From positions 1 through 64,000 of the forward strand of contig JBHGNT010000056.1 of assembly GCA_043228905.1 (NCBI GenBank): 64,000 nucleotides of DNA. Direction: 5' to 3'. Source of the DNA: Azolla caroliniana. Taxonomy: Eukaryota > Plantae > Polypodiophyta. Shown piece after piece: positions 29,721 through 44,400 of the stretch. Under the pieces are notes generated by a model. The model worked only from the letters and a program-made list of their open reading frames with translations, was not told the DNA's origin and ran no database searches. Each line of letters starts with the position of its first letter. Position 1 is the first letter of the stretch. The position numbers and the translations under genes were made by a program.

Positions 29721-31856
29721 AGGTATGACCATTTTAATTTACTCACACGCTCTTCTCAACTCCCTCCTCAAATATGCTAATTTCTTCATGTCTCTTGACC
29801 TGAGTTTCAAAATCTCGATTTTTTAATTCTATATCATAGCTAGCCTTGTTAGCTTCGATTTGCATGTTTGAACACAGAAATCCGATATCACACGAGCCAG
29901 GTATGACCATTTTAATTTACTCACTCGCTCTTCTCAACTCCCTCCTCAAATATGCTAATTTCCTCAATTCTCTCGACCTGAGTTTCAAAATCTCGATTTT
30001 TTAATTCTATATCATAGCTAGCCTTGTTAGTTTCGATTCGCATGTTTGAACACAGAAATCCGATATCACACGAGCCAGGTATGACCATTTTAATTTACTC
30101 ACTGGCTCTTCTCAACTCCCTCCTCAAATATGCTAATTTCTTCATGTCTCTCGACCTGGGTTTCAAAATCTCGATTTTTTTATTCAATATCATAGCTAGC
30201 CTTGTTAGTTTCGATTCGCATGTTTGAACACTGAAATCCGATATCACACGAGCCAGGTATGACCATTTTAATTTACTCACACGCTCTTCTCAACTCCCTC
30301 CTCAAATATGCTAATTTCTTCATGTCTCTCGACCTCAGTTTCAAAATCTCGATTTTTTAATTCTATATCATAGCTAGCCTTGTTAGCTTCGATTCGCATG
30401 TTTGAACACAGAAATCCGATATCACACGAGCCAGGTATGACCATTTTAATTTACACACACGCTCTTCTCAACTCCCTCCTCAAATATGCTAATTTCTTCA
30501 TGTCTCTCGACCTGAGTTTCAAAATCTCGATTTTTTAATTCTATATCATAGCTAGCCTTGTTAGTTTCGATTCGCATGTTTGAACACAGAAATCCGATAT
30601 CACACGAGCCAGGTATGACCATTTTAATTTACTCACTCGCTCTTCTCAACTCCCTCCTCAAATATGCTAATTTCTTCATGTCTCTCGACCTGAGTTTCAA
30701 AATCTCGATTTTTTAATTCTATATCATAGCTAGCCTTGTTAGCTTCGATTTGCATGTTTGAACACAGAAATCCGATATCACACGAGCCAGGTATGACCAT
30801 TTTAATTTACTCACACGCTCTTCTCAACTCCCTCCTCAAATATGCTAATTTCTTCATGTCTCTTGACCTGAGTTTCAAAATCTCGATTTTTTAATTCTAT
30901 ATCATAGCTAGCCTTGTTAGCTTCGATTTGCATGTTTGAACACAGAAATCCGATATCACACGAGCCAGGTATGACCATTTTAATTTACTCACTCGCTCTT
31001 CTCAACTCCCTCCTCAAATATGCTAATTTCCTCAATTCTCTCGACCTGAGTTTCAAAATCTCGATTTTTTAATTCTATATCATAGCTAGCCTTGTTAGTT
31101 TCGATTCGCATGTTTGAACACAGAAATCCGATATCACACGAGCCAGGTATGACCATTTTAATTTACTCACTGGCTCTTCTCAACTCCCTCCTCAAATATG
31201 CTAATTTCTTCATGTCTCTCGACCTGAGTTTCAAAATCTCGATTTTTTTATTCAATATCATAGCTAGCCTTGTTAGTTTCGATTCGCATGTTTGAACACT
31301 GAAATCCGATATCACACGAGCCAGGTATGACCATTTTAATTTACTCACACGCTCTTCTCAACTCCCTCCTCAAATATGCTAATTTCTTCATGTCTCTCGA
31401 CCTAAGTTTCAAAATCACGATTTTTTAATTCTATATCATAGCTAGCCTTGTTAGCTTCGATTCGCATGTTTGAACACAGAAATCCGATATCACACGAGCC
31501 AGGTATGACCATTTTAATTTACACACACGCTCTTCTCAACTCCCTCCTCAAATATGCTAATTTCTTCATGTCTCTCGACCTGAGTTTCAAAATCTCGATT
31601 TTTTAATTCTATATCATAGCTAGCCTTGTTAGTTTCGATTCGCATGTTTGAACACAGAAATCCGATATCACACGAGCCAGGTATGACCATTTTAATTTAC
31701 TCACTCGCTCTTCTCAACTCCCTCCTCAAATATGCTAATTTCCTCATGTCTCTCGACCTGAGTTTCAAAATCTCGATTTTTTAATTCTATATCATAGCTA
31801 GCCTTGTTAGCTTCGATTTGCATGTTTGAACACAGAAATCCGATATCACACGAGCC
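29721..31856. repeat. 6-mer tandem duplication (1068 bp)
   Basis: The CTCAATTC and TTATTCAAT...GAACACTG monomers recur at +1068 (ORFs 30024/31092 and 30095/31163). Confidence 0.85.
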
Positions 31857-34800
31857 AGGTATGACCATTTTAATTTACTCACTGACTCTTCTCAACTCCC
31901 TCCTCAAATATGCTAATTTCCTCATGTCTCTCGACCTGAGTTTCAAAATCTCGATTTTTTAATTCTATATCATAGCTAGCCTTGTTAGCTTCGATTTGCA
32001 TGTTTGAACACAGAAATCCGATATCACACGAGCCAGGTATGACCATTTTAATTTACTCACTGACTCTTCTCAACTCCCTCCTCAAATATGCTAATTTCCT
32101 CATGTCTCTCGACCTGAGTTTCAAAATCTCGATTTTTTAATTCTATATCATAGCTAGCCTTGTTAGTTTCGATTCGCATGTTTGAACACAGAAATCCGAT
32201 ATCACACGAGCCAGGTATGACCATTTTAATTTACTCACTGACTCTTCTCAACTCCCTCCTCAAATATGCTAGTTTCCTCATGTCTCTCGACCTGAGTTTC
32301 AAAATCTTGATTTTTTAATTCTATATCATAGCTAGCCTTGTTAGTTTCGATTCGCATGTTTGAACACAGAAATCCGATATCACACGAGCCAGGTATGACC
32401 ATTTTAATTTACTCACTCGCTCTTCTCAACTCCCTCCTCAAATATGCTAATTTCCTCATGTCTCTCGACCTGAGTTTCAAAATCTCGATTTTTTAATTCT
32501 ATATCATAGCTAGCCTTGTTAGTTTCGATTCGCATGTTTGAACACAGAAATCCGATATCACACGAGCCAGGTATGACCATTTTAATTTACTCACTCGCTC
32601 TTCTCAACTCCTTCCTCCAACATGCTAATTTCCTCATGTCTTTCGACTTCAGTTTCAAAAACTTGATTTTTTAATTTTATATCATAGCTATCCTTGTTAG
32701 CTTCGATTTGCATGTTTGAACACAGAAATCCGATATCACACGAGCCAGGTATGACCATTTTAATTTACTCACTGGCTCTTCTCAACTCCCTCCTCAAATA
32801 TGCTAGTTTCCTCATGTCTCTCGACCTGAGTTTCAAAATCACGATTTTTTAATTCTATATCATAGCTAGCCTTGTTAGTTTCGATTCGCATGTTTGAACA
32901 CAGAAATCCGATATCACAGGAGCCACGTATGACCATTTTAATTTACTCACTCGCTCTTCTCAACTCCCTCCTCAAATATGCTAATTTCTTCATGTCTCTC
33001 GACCTGAGTTTCAAAATCTCGATTTTTTTATTCTATATCATAGCTAGCCTTGTTAGTTTCGATTCGCATGTTTGAACACAGAAATCCGATATCACACGAG
33101 CCAGGTATGACCATTTTAATTTACTCACACGCTCTTCTCAACTCCCTCCTCAAATATGCTAATTTCTTCATGTCTCTCGACCTGAGTTTCAAAATCTCGA
33201 TTTTTTAATTCTATATCATAGCTAGCCTTGTTAGCTTCGATTTGCATGTTTGAACACAGAAATCCGATATCACACGAGCCAGGTATGACCATTTTAATTT
33301 ACTCACACGCTCTTCTCAACTCCCTCCTCAAAAATGCTAATTTCTTCATGTCTCTCGACCTGAGTTTCAACATCTCGATTTTTTAATTCTATATCATAGC
33401 TAGCCTTGTTAGCTTCGATTCGCATGTTTGAACACAGAAATCCGATATCACACGAGCCAGGTATGACCATTTTAATTTACTCACTCGCTCTTCTCAACTC
33501 CCTCCTCCAACATGCTAATTTCCTCATGTCTCTTGACCTGAGTTTCAAAATCTCGATTTTTTAATTCTATATCATAGCTAGCCTTGTTAGCTTCGATTTG
33601 CATGTTTGAACACAGAAATCCGATATCACACGAGCCAGGTATGACCATTTTAATTTACTCACTCGCTCTTCTCAACTCCCTCCTCAAATATGCTAATTTC
33701 CTCAATTCTCTCGACCTGAGTTTCAAAATCTCGATTTTTTAATTCTATATCATAGCTAGCCTTGTTAGTTTCGATTCGCATGTTTGAACACAGAAATCCG
33801 ATATCACACGAGCCAGGTATGACCATTTTAATTTACTCACACGCTCTTCTCAACTCCCTCCTCAAATATGCTAATTTCTTCATGTCTCTCGACCTGAGTT
33901 TCAAAATCTTGATTTTTTAATTCTATATCATAGCTAGCCTTGTTAGCTTCGATTTGCATGTTTGAACACAGAAATCCGATATCACACGAGCCAGGTATGA
34001 CCATTTTAATTTACTCACACGCTCTTCTCAACTCCCTCCTCAAATATGCTAATTTCTTCATGTCTCTCGACCTGAGTTTCAAAATCTCGATTTTTTAATT
34101 CTATATCATAGCTAGCCTTGTTAGCTTCGATTCGCATGTTTGAACACAGAAATCCGATATCACACGAGCCAGGTATGACCATTTTAATTTACACACACGC
34201 TCTTCTCAACTCCCTCCTCAAATATGCTAATTTCTTCATGTCTCTCGACCTGAGTTTCAACATCTCGATTTTTTAATTCTATATCATAGCTAGCCTTGTT
34301 AGCTTCGATTCGCATGTTTGAACACAGAAATCCGATATCACACGAGCCAGGTATGACCATTTTAATTTACTCACTCGCTCTTCTCAACTCCCTCCTCCAA
34401 CATGCTAATTTCCTCATGTCTTTCGACGTCAGTTTCAAAATCTTGATTTTTTAATTCTATATCATAGCAAGCCTTGTTAGTTTCGATTCGCATGTTTGAA
34501 CACAGAAATCCGATATCACACGAGCCAGGTATGACCATTTTAATTTACTCACACGCTCTTCTCAACTCCCTCCTCAAATATGCTAATTTCTTCATGTCTC
34601 TCGACCTGAGTTTCAAAATCTCGATTTTTTAATTCTATATCATAGCTAGCCTTGTTAGCTTCGATTCGCATGTTTGAACACAGAAATCCGATATCACACG
34701 AGCCAGGTATGACCATTTTAATTTACTCACTCGCTCTTCTCAACTCCCTCCTCAAATATGCTAATTTCCTCATGTCTCTCGACCTGAGTTTCAAAATCTC

Positions 34801-36484
34801 GATTTTTTAATTCTATATCATAGCTAGCCTTGTTAGTTTCGATTCGCATGTTTGAACACAGAAATCCGATATCACACGAGCCAGGTATGACCATTTTAAT
34901 TTACTCACTCGCTCTTCTCAACTCCTTCCTCCAACATGCTAATTTCCTCATGTCTTTCGACTTCAGTTTCAAAAACTTGATTTTTTAATTTTATATCATA
35001 GCTATCCTTGTTAGCTTCGATTTGCATGTTTGAACACAGAAATCCGATATCACACGAGCCAGGTATGACCATTTTAATTTATTCACTGGCTCTTCTCAAC
35101 TCCCTCCTCAAATATGCTAGTTTCCTCATGTCTCTCGACCTGAGTTTCAAAATCACGATTTTTTAATTCTATATCATAGCTAGCCTTGTTAGTTTCGATT
35201 CGCATGTTTGAACACAGAAATCCGATATCACACGAGCCACGTATGACCATTTTAATTTACTCACACGCTCTTCTCAACTCCCTCCTCAAATATGCTAATT
35301 TCTTCATGTCTCTCGACCTGAGTTTCAAAATCTCGATTTTTTTATTCTATATCATAGCTAGCCTTGTTAGTTTCGATTCGCATGTTTGAACACAGAAATC
35401 CGATATCACACGAGCCAGGTATGACCATTTTAATTTACTCACACGCTCTTCTCAACTCCCTCCTCAAATATGCTAATTTCTTCATGTCTCTCGACCTGAG
35501 TTTCAAAATCTCGATTTTTTAATTCTATATCATAGCTAGCCTTGTTAGCTTCGATTGGCATGTTTGAACACAGAAATCCGATATCACACGAGCCAGGTAT
35601 GACCATTTTAATTTACTCACACGCTCTTCTCAACTCCCTCCTCAAATATGCTAATTTCTTCATGTCTCTTGACCTGAGTTTCAAAATCTCGATTTTTTAA
35701 TTCTATATCATAGCTAGCCTTGTTAGCTTCGATTTGCATGTTTGAACACAGAAATCCGATATCACACGAGCCAGGTATGACCATTTTAATTTACTCACTC
35801 GCTCTTCTCAACTCCCTCCTCAAATATGCTAATTTCCTCAATTCTCTCGACCTGAGTTTCAAAATCTCGATTTTTTAATTCTATATCATAGCTAGCCTTG
35901 TTAGTTTCGATTCGCATGTTTGAACACAGAAATCCGATATCACACGAGCCAGGTATGACCATTTTAATTTACTCACTGGCTCTTCTCAACTCCCTCCTCA
36001 AATATGCTAATTTCTTCATGTCTCTCGACCTGAGTTTCAAAATCTCGATTTTTTTATTCAATATCATAGCTAGCCTTGTTAGTTTCGATTCGCATGTTTG
36101 AACACTGAAATCCGATATCACACGAGCCAGGTATGACCATTTTAATTTACTCACACGCTCTTCTCAACTCCCTCCTCAAATATGCTAATTTCTTCATGTC
36201 TCTCGACCTAAGTTTCAAAATCACGATTTTTTAATTCTATATCATAGCTAGCCTTGTTAGCTTCGATTCGCATGTTTGAACACAGAAATCCGATATCACA
36301 CGAGCCAGGTATGACCATTTTAATTTACACACACGCTCTTCTCAACTCCCTCCTCAAATATGCTAATTTCTTCATGTCTCTCGACCTGAGTTTCAAAATC
36401 TCGATTTTTTAATTCTATATCATAGCTAGCCTTGTTAGTTTCGATTCGCATGTTTGAACACAGAAATCCGATATCACACGAGCC

Positions 36485-37196
36485 AGGTATGACCATTTTA
36501 ATTTACTCACTCGCTCTTCTCAACTCCCTCCTCAAATATGCTAATTTCCTCATGTCTCTCGACCTGAGTTTCAAAATCTCGATTTTTTAATTCTATATCA
36601 TAGCTAGCCTTGTTAGCTTCGATTTGCATGTTTGAACACAGAAATCCGATATCACACGAGCCAGGTATAACCATTTTAATTTACTCACTGACTCTTCTCA
36701 ACTCCCTCCTCAAATATGCTAATTTCCTCATGTCTCTCGACCTGAGTTTCAAAATCTCGATTTTTTAATTCTATATCATAGCTAGCCTTGTTAGTTTCGA
36801 TTCGCATGTTTGAACACAGAAATCCGATATCACACGAGCCAGGTATGACCATTTTAATTTACTCACTCGCTCTTCTCAACTCCCTCCTCAAATATGCTAA
36901 TTTCCTCATGTCTCTCGACCTGAGTTTCAAAATCTCGATTTTTTAATTCTATATCATAGCTAGCCTTGTTAGCTTCGATTTGCATGTTTGAACACAGAAA
37001 TCCGATATCACACGAGCCAGGTATAACCATTTTAATTTACTCACTGACTCTTCTCAACTCCCTCCTCAAATATGCTAATTTCCTCATGTCTCTCGACCTG
37101 AGTTTCAAAATCTCGATTTTTTAATTCTATATCATAGCTAGCCTTGTTAGTTTCGATTCGCATGTTTGAACACAGAAATCCGATATCACACGAGCC
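36485..37196. repeat. Dimer tandem duplication (356 bp)
   Basis: The private variant AGGTATAACC appears only at 36663 and 37019. Confidence 0.85.
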
Positions 37197-40042
37197 AGGT
37201 ATGACCATTTTAATTTACTCACTCGCTCTTCTCAACTCCCTCCTCAAATATGCTAATTTCTTCATGTCTCTCGACCTGAGTTTCAAAATCTCGATTTTTT
37301 AATTCTATATCATAGCTAGCCTTGTTAGCTTCGATTTGCATGTTTCAACACAGAAATCCGATATCACACGAGCCAGGTATGACCATTTTAATTTACTCAC
37401 TGACTCTTCTCAACTCCCTCATCAAATATGCTAATTTCCTCATGTCTCTCACCTGAGTTTCAAAATCTCGATTTTTTTATTCTATATCATAGCTAGCCTT
37501 GTTAGCTTCGATTCGCATGTTTGAACACAGAAATCCGATATCACACGAGCCAGGTATGACCATTTTAATTTACTCACTCGCTCTTCTCAACTCCCTCCTC
37601 CAGCATGCTAATTTCCTCATGTCTTTCGACGTCAGTTTCGAAATCACGATTTTTTAAGTCTATATCATAGCTAGCCTTGTTAGTTTCGATTCGCATGTTT
37701 GAACACAGAAATCCGATATCACACGAGCCAGGTATGACCATTTTAATTTACTCACACGCTCTTCTCAACTCCCTCCTCAAATATGCTAATTTCTTCATGT
37801 CTCTCGACCTGAGTTTCAAAATCTCGATTTTTTAATTCTATATCATAGCTAGCCTTGTTAGCTTCGATTCGCATGTTTGAACACAGAAATCCGATATCAC
37901 ACGAGCCAGGTATGACCATTTTAATTTACACACACGCTCTTCTCAACTCCCTCCTCAAATATGCTAATTTCTTCATGTCTCTCGACCTGAGTTTCAACAT
38001 CTCGATTTTTTAATTCTATATCATAGCTAGCCTTGTTAGCTTCGATTCGCATGTTTGAACACAGAAATCCGATATCACACGAGCCAGGTATGACCATTTT
38101 AATTTACTCACTCGCTCTTCTCAACTCCCTCCTCCAACATGCTAATTTCCTCATGTCTTTCGACGTCAGTTTCAAAATCTTGATTTTTTAATTCTATATC
38201 ATAGCAAGCCTTGTTAGTTTCGATTCGCATGTTTGAACACAGAAATCCGATATCACACGAGCCAGGTATGACCATTTTAATTTACTCACACGCTCTTCTC
38301 AACTCCCTCCTCAAATATGCTAATTTCTTCATGTCTCTCGACCTGAGTTTCAAAATCTCGATTTTTTAATTCTATATCATAGCTAGCCTTGTTAGCTTCG
38401 ATTCGCATGTTTGAACACAGAAATCCGATATCACACGAGCCAGGTATGACCATTTTAATTTACTCACTCGCTCTTCTCAACTCCCTCCTCAAATATGCTA
38501 ATTTCCTCATGTCTCTCGACCTGAGTTTCAAAATCTCGATTTTTTAATTCTATATCATAGCTAGCCTTGTTAGTTTCGATTCGCATGTTTGAACACAGAA
38601 ATCCGATATCACACGAGCCAGGTATGACCATTTTAATTTACTCACTCGCTCTTCTCAACTCCCTCCTCAAATATGCTAATTTCTTCATGTCTCTCGACCT
38701 GAGTTTCAAAATCTCGATTTTTTAATTCTATATCATAGCTAGCCTTGTTAGCTTCGATTTGCATGTTTCAACACAGAAATCCGATATCACACGAGCCAGG
38801 TATGACCATTTTAATTTACTCACTGACTCTTCTCAACTCCCTCATCAAATATGCTAATTTCCTCATGTCTCTCACCTGAGTTTCAAAATCTCGATTTTTT
38901 AATTCTATATCATAGCTAGCCTTGTTAGCTTCGATTCGCATGTTTGAACACAGAAATCCGATATCACACGAGCCAGGTATGACCATTTTAATTTACTCAC
39001 TCGCTCTTCTCAACTGCCTCCTCCAGCATGCTAATTTCCTCATGTCTTTCGACGTCAGTTTCGAAATCACGATTTTTTAAGTCTATATCATAGCTAGCCT
39101 TGTTAGTTTCGATTCGCATGTTTGAACACAGAAATCCGATATCACACGAGCCAGGTATGACCATTTTAATTTACTCACACGCTCTTCTCAACTCCCTCCT
39201 CAAATATGCTAATTTCTTCATGTCTCTCGACCTGAGTTTCAAAATCTCGATTTTTTAATTCTATATCATAGCTAGCCTTGTTAGCTTCGATTCGCATGTT
39301 TGAACACAGAAATCCGATATCACACGAGCCAGGTATGACCATTTTAATTTACACACACGCTCTTCTCAACTCCCTCCTCAAATATGCTAATTTCTTCATG
39401 TCTCTCGACCTGAGTTTCAACATCTCGATTTTTTAATTCTATATCATAGCTAGCCTTGTTAGCTTCGATTCGCATGTTTGAACACAGAAATCCGATATCA
39501 CACGAGCCAGGTATGACCATTTTAATTTACTCACTCGCTCTTCTCAACTCCCTCCTCCAACATGCTAATTTCCTCATGTCTTTCGACGTCAGTTTCAAAA
39601 TCTTGATTTTTTAATTCTATATCATAGCAAGCCTTGTTAGTTTCGATTCGCATGTTTGAACACAGAAATCCGATATCACACGAGCCAGGTATGACCATTT
39701 TAATTTACTCACACGCTCTTCTCAACTCCCTCCTCAAATATGCTAATTTCTTCATGTCTCTCGACCTGAGTTTCAAAATCTCGATTTTTTAATTCTATAT
39801 CATAGCTAGCCTTGTTAGCTTCGATTCGCATGTTTGAACACAGAAATCCGATATCACACGAGCCAGGTATGACCATTTTAATTTACTCACTCGCTCTTCT
39901 CAACTCCCTCCTCAAATATGCTAATTTCCTCATGTCTCTCGACCTGAGTTTCAAAATCTCGATTTTTTAATTCTATATCATAGCTAGCCTTGTTAGTTTC
40001 GATTCGCATGTTTGAACACAGAAATCCGATATCACACGAGCC
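37197..40042. repeat. 8-mer tandem duplication (1423 bp)
   Basis: The TGTTTCAACA variant lies near 37346/38769 and the deletion monomer at 37451/38874. TAGCAAGCC and TTTCAACATC recur at +1423. Confidence 0.9.
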
Positions 40043-41466
40043 AGGTATGACCATTTTAATTTACTCACTCGCTCTTCTCAACTCCTTCCTCCAACATGCT
40101 AATTTCCTCATGTCTTTCGACTTCAGTTTCAAAAACTTGATTTTTTAATTTTATATCATAGCTATCCTTGTTAGCTTCGATTTGCATGTTTGAACACAGA
40201 AATCCGATATCACACGAGCCAGGTATGACCATTTTAATTTACTCACTGGCTCTTCTCAACTCCCTCCTCAAATATGCTAGTTTCCTCATGTCTCTCGACC
40301 TGAGTTTCAAAATCACGATTTTTTAATTCTATATCATAGCTAGCCTTGTTAGTTTCGATTCGCATGTTTGAACACAGAAATCCGATATCACACGAGCCAC
40401 GTATGACCATTTTAATTTACTCACTGGCTCTTCTCAACTCCCTCCTCAAATATGCTAATTTCTTCATGTCTCTCGACCTGAGTTTCAAAATCTCGATTTT
40501 TTTATTCTATATCATAGCTAGCCTTGTTAGTTTCGATTCGCATGTTTGAACACAGAAATCCGATATCACACGAGCCAGGTATGACCATTTTAATTTACTC
40601 ACACGCTCTTCTCAACTCCCTCCTCAAATATGCTAATTTCTTCATGTCTCTCGACCTGAGTTTCAAAATCTCGATTTTTTAATTCTATATCATAGCTAGC
40701 CTTGTTAGCTTCGATTTGCATGTTTGAACACAGAAATCCGATATCACACGAGCCAGGTATGACCATTTTAATTTACTCACACGCTCTTCTCAACTCCCTC
40801 CTCAAATATGCTAATTTCTTCATGTCTCTTGACCTGAGTTTCAAAATCTCGATTTTTTAATTCTATATCATAGCTAGCCTTGTTAGCTTCGATTTGCATG
40901 TTTGAACACAGAAATCCGATATCACACGAGCCAGGTATGACCATTTTAATTTACTCACTCGCTCTTCTCAACTCCCTCCTCAAATATGCTAATTTCCTCA
41001 ATTCTCTCGACCTGAGTTTCAAAATCTCGATTTTTTAATTCTATATCATAGCTAGCCTTGTTAGTTTCGATTCGCATGTTTGAACACAGAAATCCGATAT
41101 CACACGAGCCAGGTATGACCATTTTAATTTACTCACTGGCTCTTCTCAACTCCCTCCTCAAATATGCTAATTTCTTCATGTCTCTCGACCTGAGTTTCAA
41201 AATCTCGATTTTTTTATTCAATATCATAGCTAGCCTTGTTAGTTTCGATTCGCATGTTTGAACACTGAAATCCGATATCACACGAGCCAGGTATGACCAT
41301 TTTAATTTACTCACACGCTCTTCTCAACTCCCTCCTCAAATATGCTAATTTCTTCATGTCTCTCGACCTAAGTTTCAAAATCTCGATTTTTTAATTCTAT
41401 ATCATAGCTAGCCTTGTTAGCTTCGATTCGCATGTTTGAACACAGAAATCCGATATCACACGAGCC

Positions 41467-44400
41467 AGGTATGACCATTTTAATTTACACACACGCTCTT
41501 CTCAACTCCCTCCTCAAATATGCTAATTTCTTCATGTCTCTCGACCTGAGTTTCAAAATCTCGATTTTTTAATTCTATATCATAGCTAGCCTTGTTAGTT
41601 TCGATTCGCATGTTTGAACACAGAAATCCGATATCACACGAGCCAGGTATGACCATTTTAATTTACTCACACGCTCTTCTCAACTCCCTCCTCAAATATG
41701 CTAATTTCTTCATGTCTCTCGACCTAAGTTTCAAAATCTCGATTTTTTAATTCTATATCATAGCTAGCCTTGTTAGCTTCGATTCGCATGTTTGAACACA
41801 GAAATCCGATATCACACGAGCCAGGTATGACCATTTTAATTTACACACACGCTCTTCTCAACTCCCTCCTCAAATATGCTAATTTCTTCATGTCTCTCGA
41901 CCTGAGTTTCAAAATCTCGATTTTTTAATTCTATATCATAGCTAGCCTTGTTAGTTTCGATTCGCATGTTTGAACACAGAAATCCGATTTCACATGAGCC
42001 AGGTATGACCATTTTAATTTACTCACACGCTCTTCTCAACTCCCTCCTCAAATATGCTAATTTCTTCATGTCTCTCGACCTAAGTTTCAAAATCTCGATT
42101 TTTTAATTCTATATCATAGCTAGCCTTGTTAGCTTCGATTTGCATGTTTGAACACAGAAATCCGATATCACACGAGCCAGGTATGACCATTTTAATTTAC
42201 TCACTGACTCTTCTCAACTCCCTCATCAAATATGCTAATTTCCTCATGTCTCTCACCTGAGTTTCAAAATCTCGATTTTTTAATTCTATATCATAGCTAG
42301 CCTTGTTAGCTTCGATTCGCATGTTTGAACACAGAAATCCGATATCACACGAGCCAGGTATGACCATTTTAATTTACTCACTCGCTCTTCTCAACTCCCT
42401 CCTCCAGCATGCTAATTTCCTCATGTCTTTCGACGTCAGTTTCGAAATCACGATTTTTTAAGTCTATATCATAGCTAGCCTTGTTAGTTTCGATTCGCAT
42501 GTTTGAACACAGAAATCTGATATCACACGAGCCAGGTATGACCATTTTAATTTACTCACACGCTCTTCTCAACTCCCTCCTCAAATATGCTAATTTCTTC
42601 ATGTCTCTCGACCTGAGTTTCAAAATCTCGATTTTTTAATTCTATATCATAGCTAGCCTTGTTAGCTTCGATTCGCATGTTTGAACACAGAAATCCGATA
42701 TCACACGAGCCAGGTATGACCATTTTAATTTACACACACGCTCTTCTCAACTCCCTCCTCAAATATGCTAATTTCTTCATGTCTCTCGACCTGAGTTTCA
42801 ACATCTCGATTTTTTAATTCTATATCATAGCTAGCCTTGTTAGCTTCGATTCGCATGTTTGAACACAGAAATCCGATATCACACGAGCCAGGTATGACCA
42901 TTTTAATTTACTCACTCGCTCTTCTCAACTCCCTCCTCCAACATGCTAATTTCCTCATGTCTTTCGACGTCAGTTTCAAAATCTTGATTTTTTAATTCTA
43001 TATCATAGCAAGCCTTGTTAGTTTCGATTCGCATGTTTGAACACAGAAATCCGATATCACACGAGCCAGGTATGACCATTTTAATTTACTCACACGCTCT
43101 TCTCAACTCCCTCCTCAAATATGCTAATTTCTTCTTGTCTCTCGACCTGAGTTTCAAAATCTCGATTTTTTAATTCTATATCATAGCTAGCCTTGTTAGC
43201 TTCGATTCGCATGTTTGAACACAGAAATCCGATATCACACGAGCCAGGTATGACCATTTTAATTTACTCACTCGCTCTTCTCAACTCCCTCCTCAAATAT
43301 GCTAATTTCCTCATGTCTCTCGACCTGAGTTTCAAAATCTCGATTTGTTAATTCTATATCATAGCTAGCCTTGTTAGTTTCGATTCGCATGTTTGAACAC
43401 AGAAATCCGATATCACACGAGCCAGGTATGACCATTTTAATTTACTCACTCGCTCTTCTCAACTCCTTCCTCCAACATGCTAATTTCCTCATGTCTTTCG
43501 ACTTCAGTTTCAAAAACTTGATTTTTTAATTTTATATCATAGCTATCCTTGTTAGCTTCGATTCGCATGTTTGAACACAGAAATCCGATATCACACGAGC
43601 CAGGTATGACCATTTTAATTTACACACACGCTCTTCTCAACTCCCTCCTCAAATATGCTAATTTCTTCATGTCTCTCGACCTGAGTTTCAAAATCTCGAT
43701 TTTTTAATTCTATATCATAGCTAGCCTTGTTAGTTTCGATTCGCATGTTTGAACACAGAAATCCGATATCACACGAGCCAGGTATGACCATTTTAATTTA
43801 CTCACACGCTCTTCTCAACTCCCTCCTCAAATATGCTAATTTCTTCATGTCTCTCGACCTAAGTTTCAAAATCTCGATTTTTTAATTCTATATCATAGCT
43901 AGCCTTGTTAGCTTCGATTCGCATGTTTGAACACAGAAATCCGATATCACAGGAGCCACGTATGACCATTTTAATTTACACACACGCTCTTCTCAACTCC
44001 CTCCTCAAATATGCTAATTTCTTCATGTCTCTCGACCTGAGTTTCAAAATCTCGATTTTTTAATTCTATATCATAGCTAGCCTTGTTAGTTTCGATTCGC
44101 ATGTTTGAACACAGAAATCCGATTTCACATGAGCCAGGTATGACCATTTTAATTTACTCACACGCTCTTCTCAACTCCCTCCTCAAATATGCTAATTTCT
44201 TCATGTCTCTCGACCTAAGTTTCAAAATCTCGATTTTTTAATTCTATATCATAGCTAGCCTTGTTAGCTTCGATTTGCATGTTTGAACACAGAAATCCGA
44301 TATCACACGAGCCAGGTATGACCATTTTAATTTACTCACTGACTCTTCTCAACTCCCTCATCAAATATGCTAATTTCCTCATGTCTCTCACCTGAGTTTC

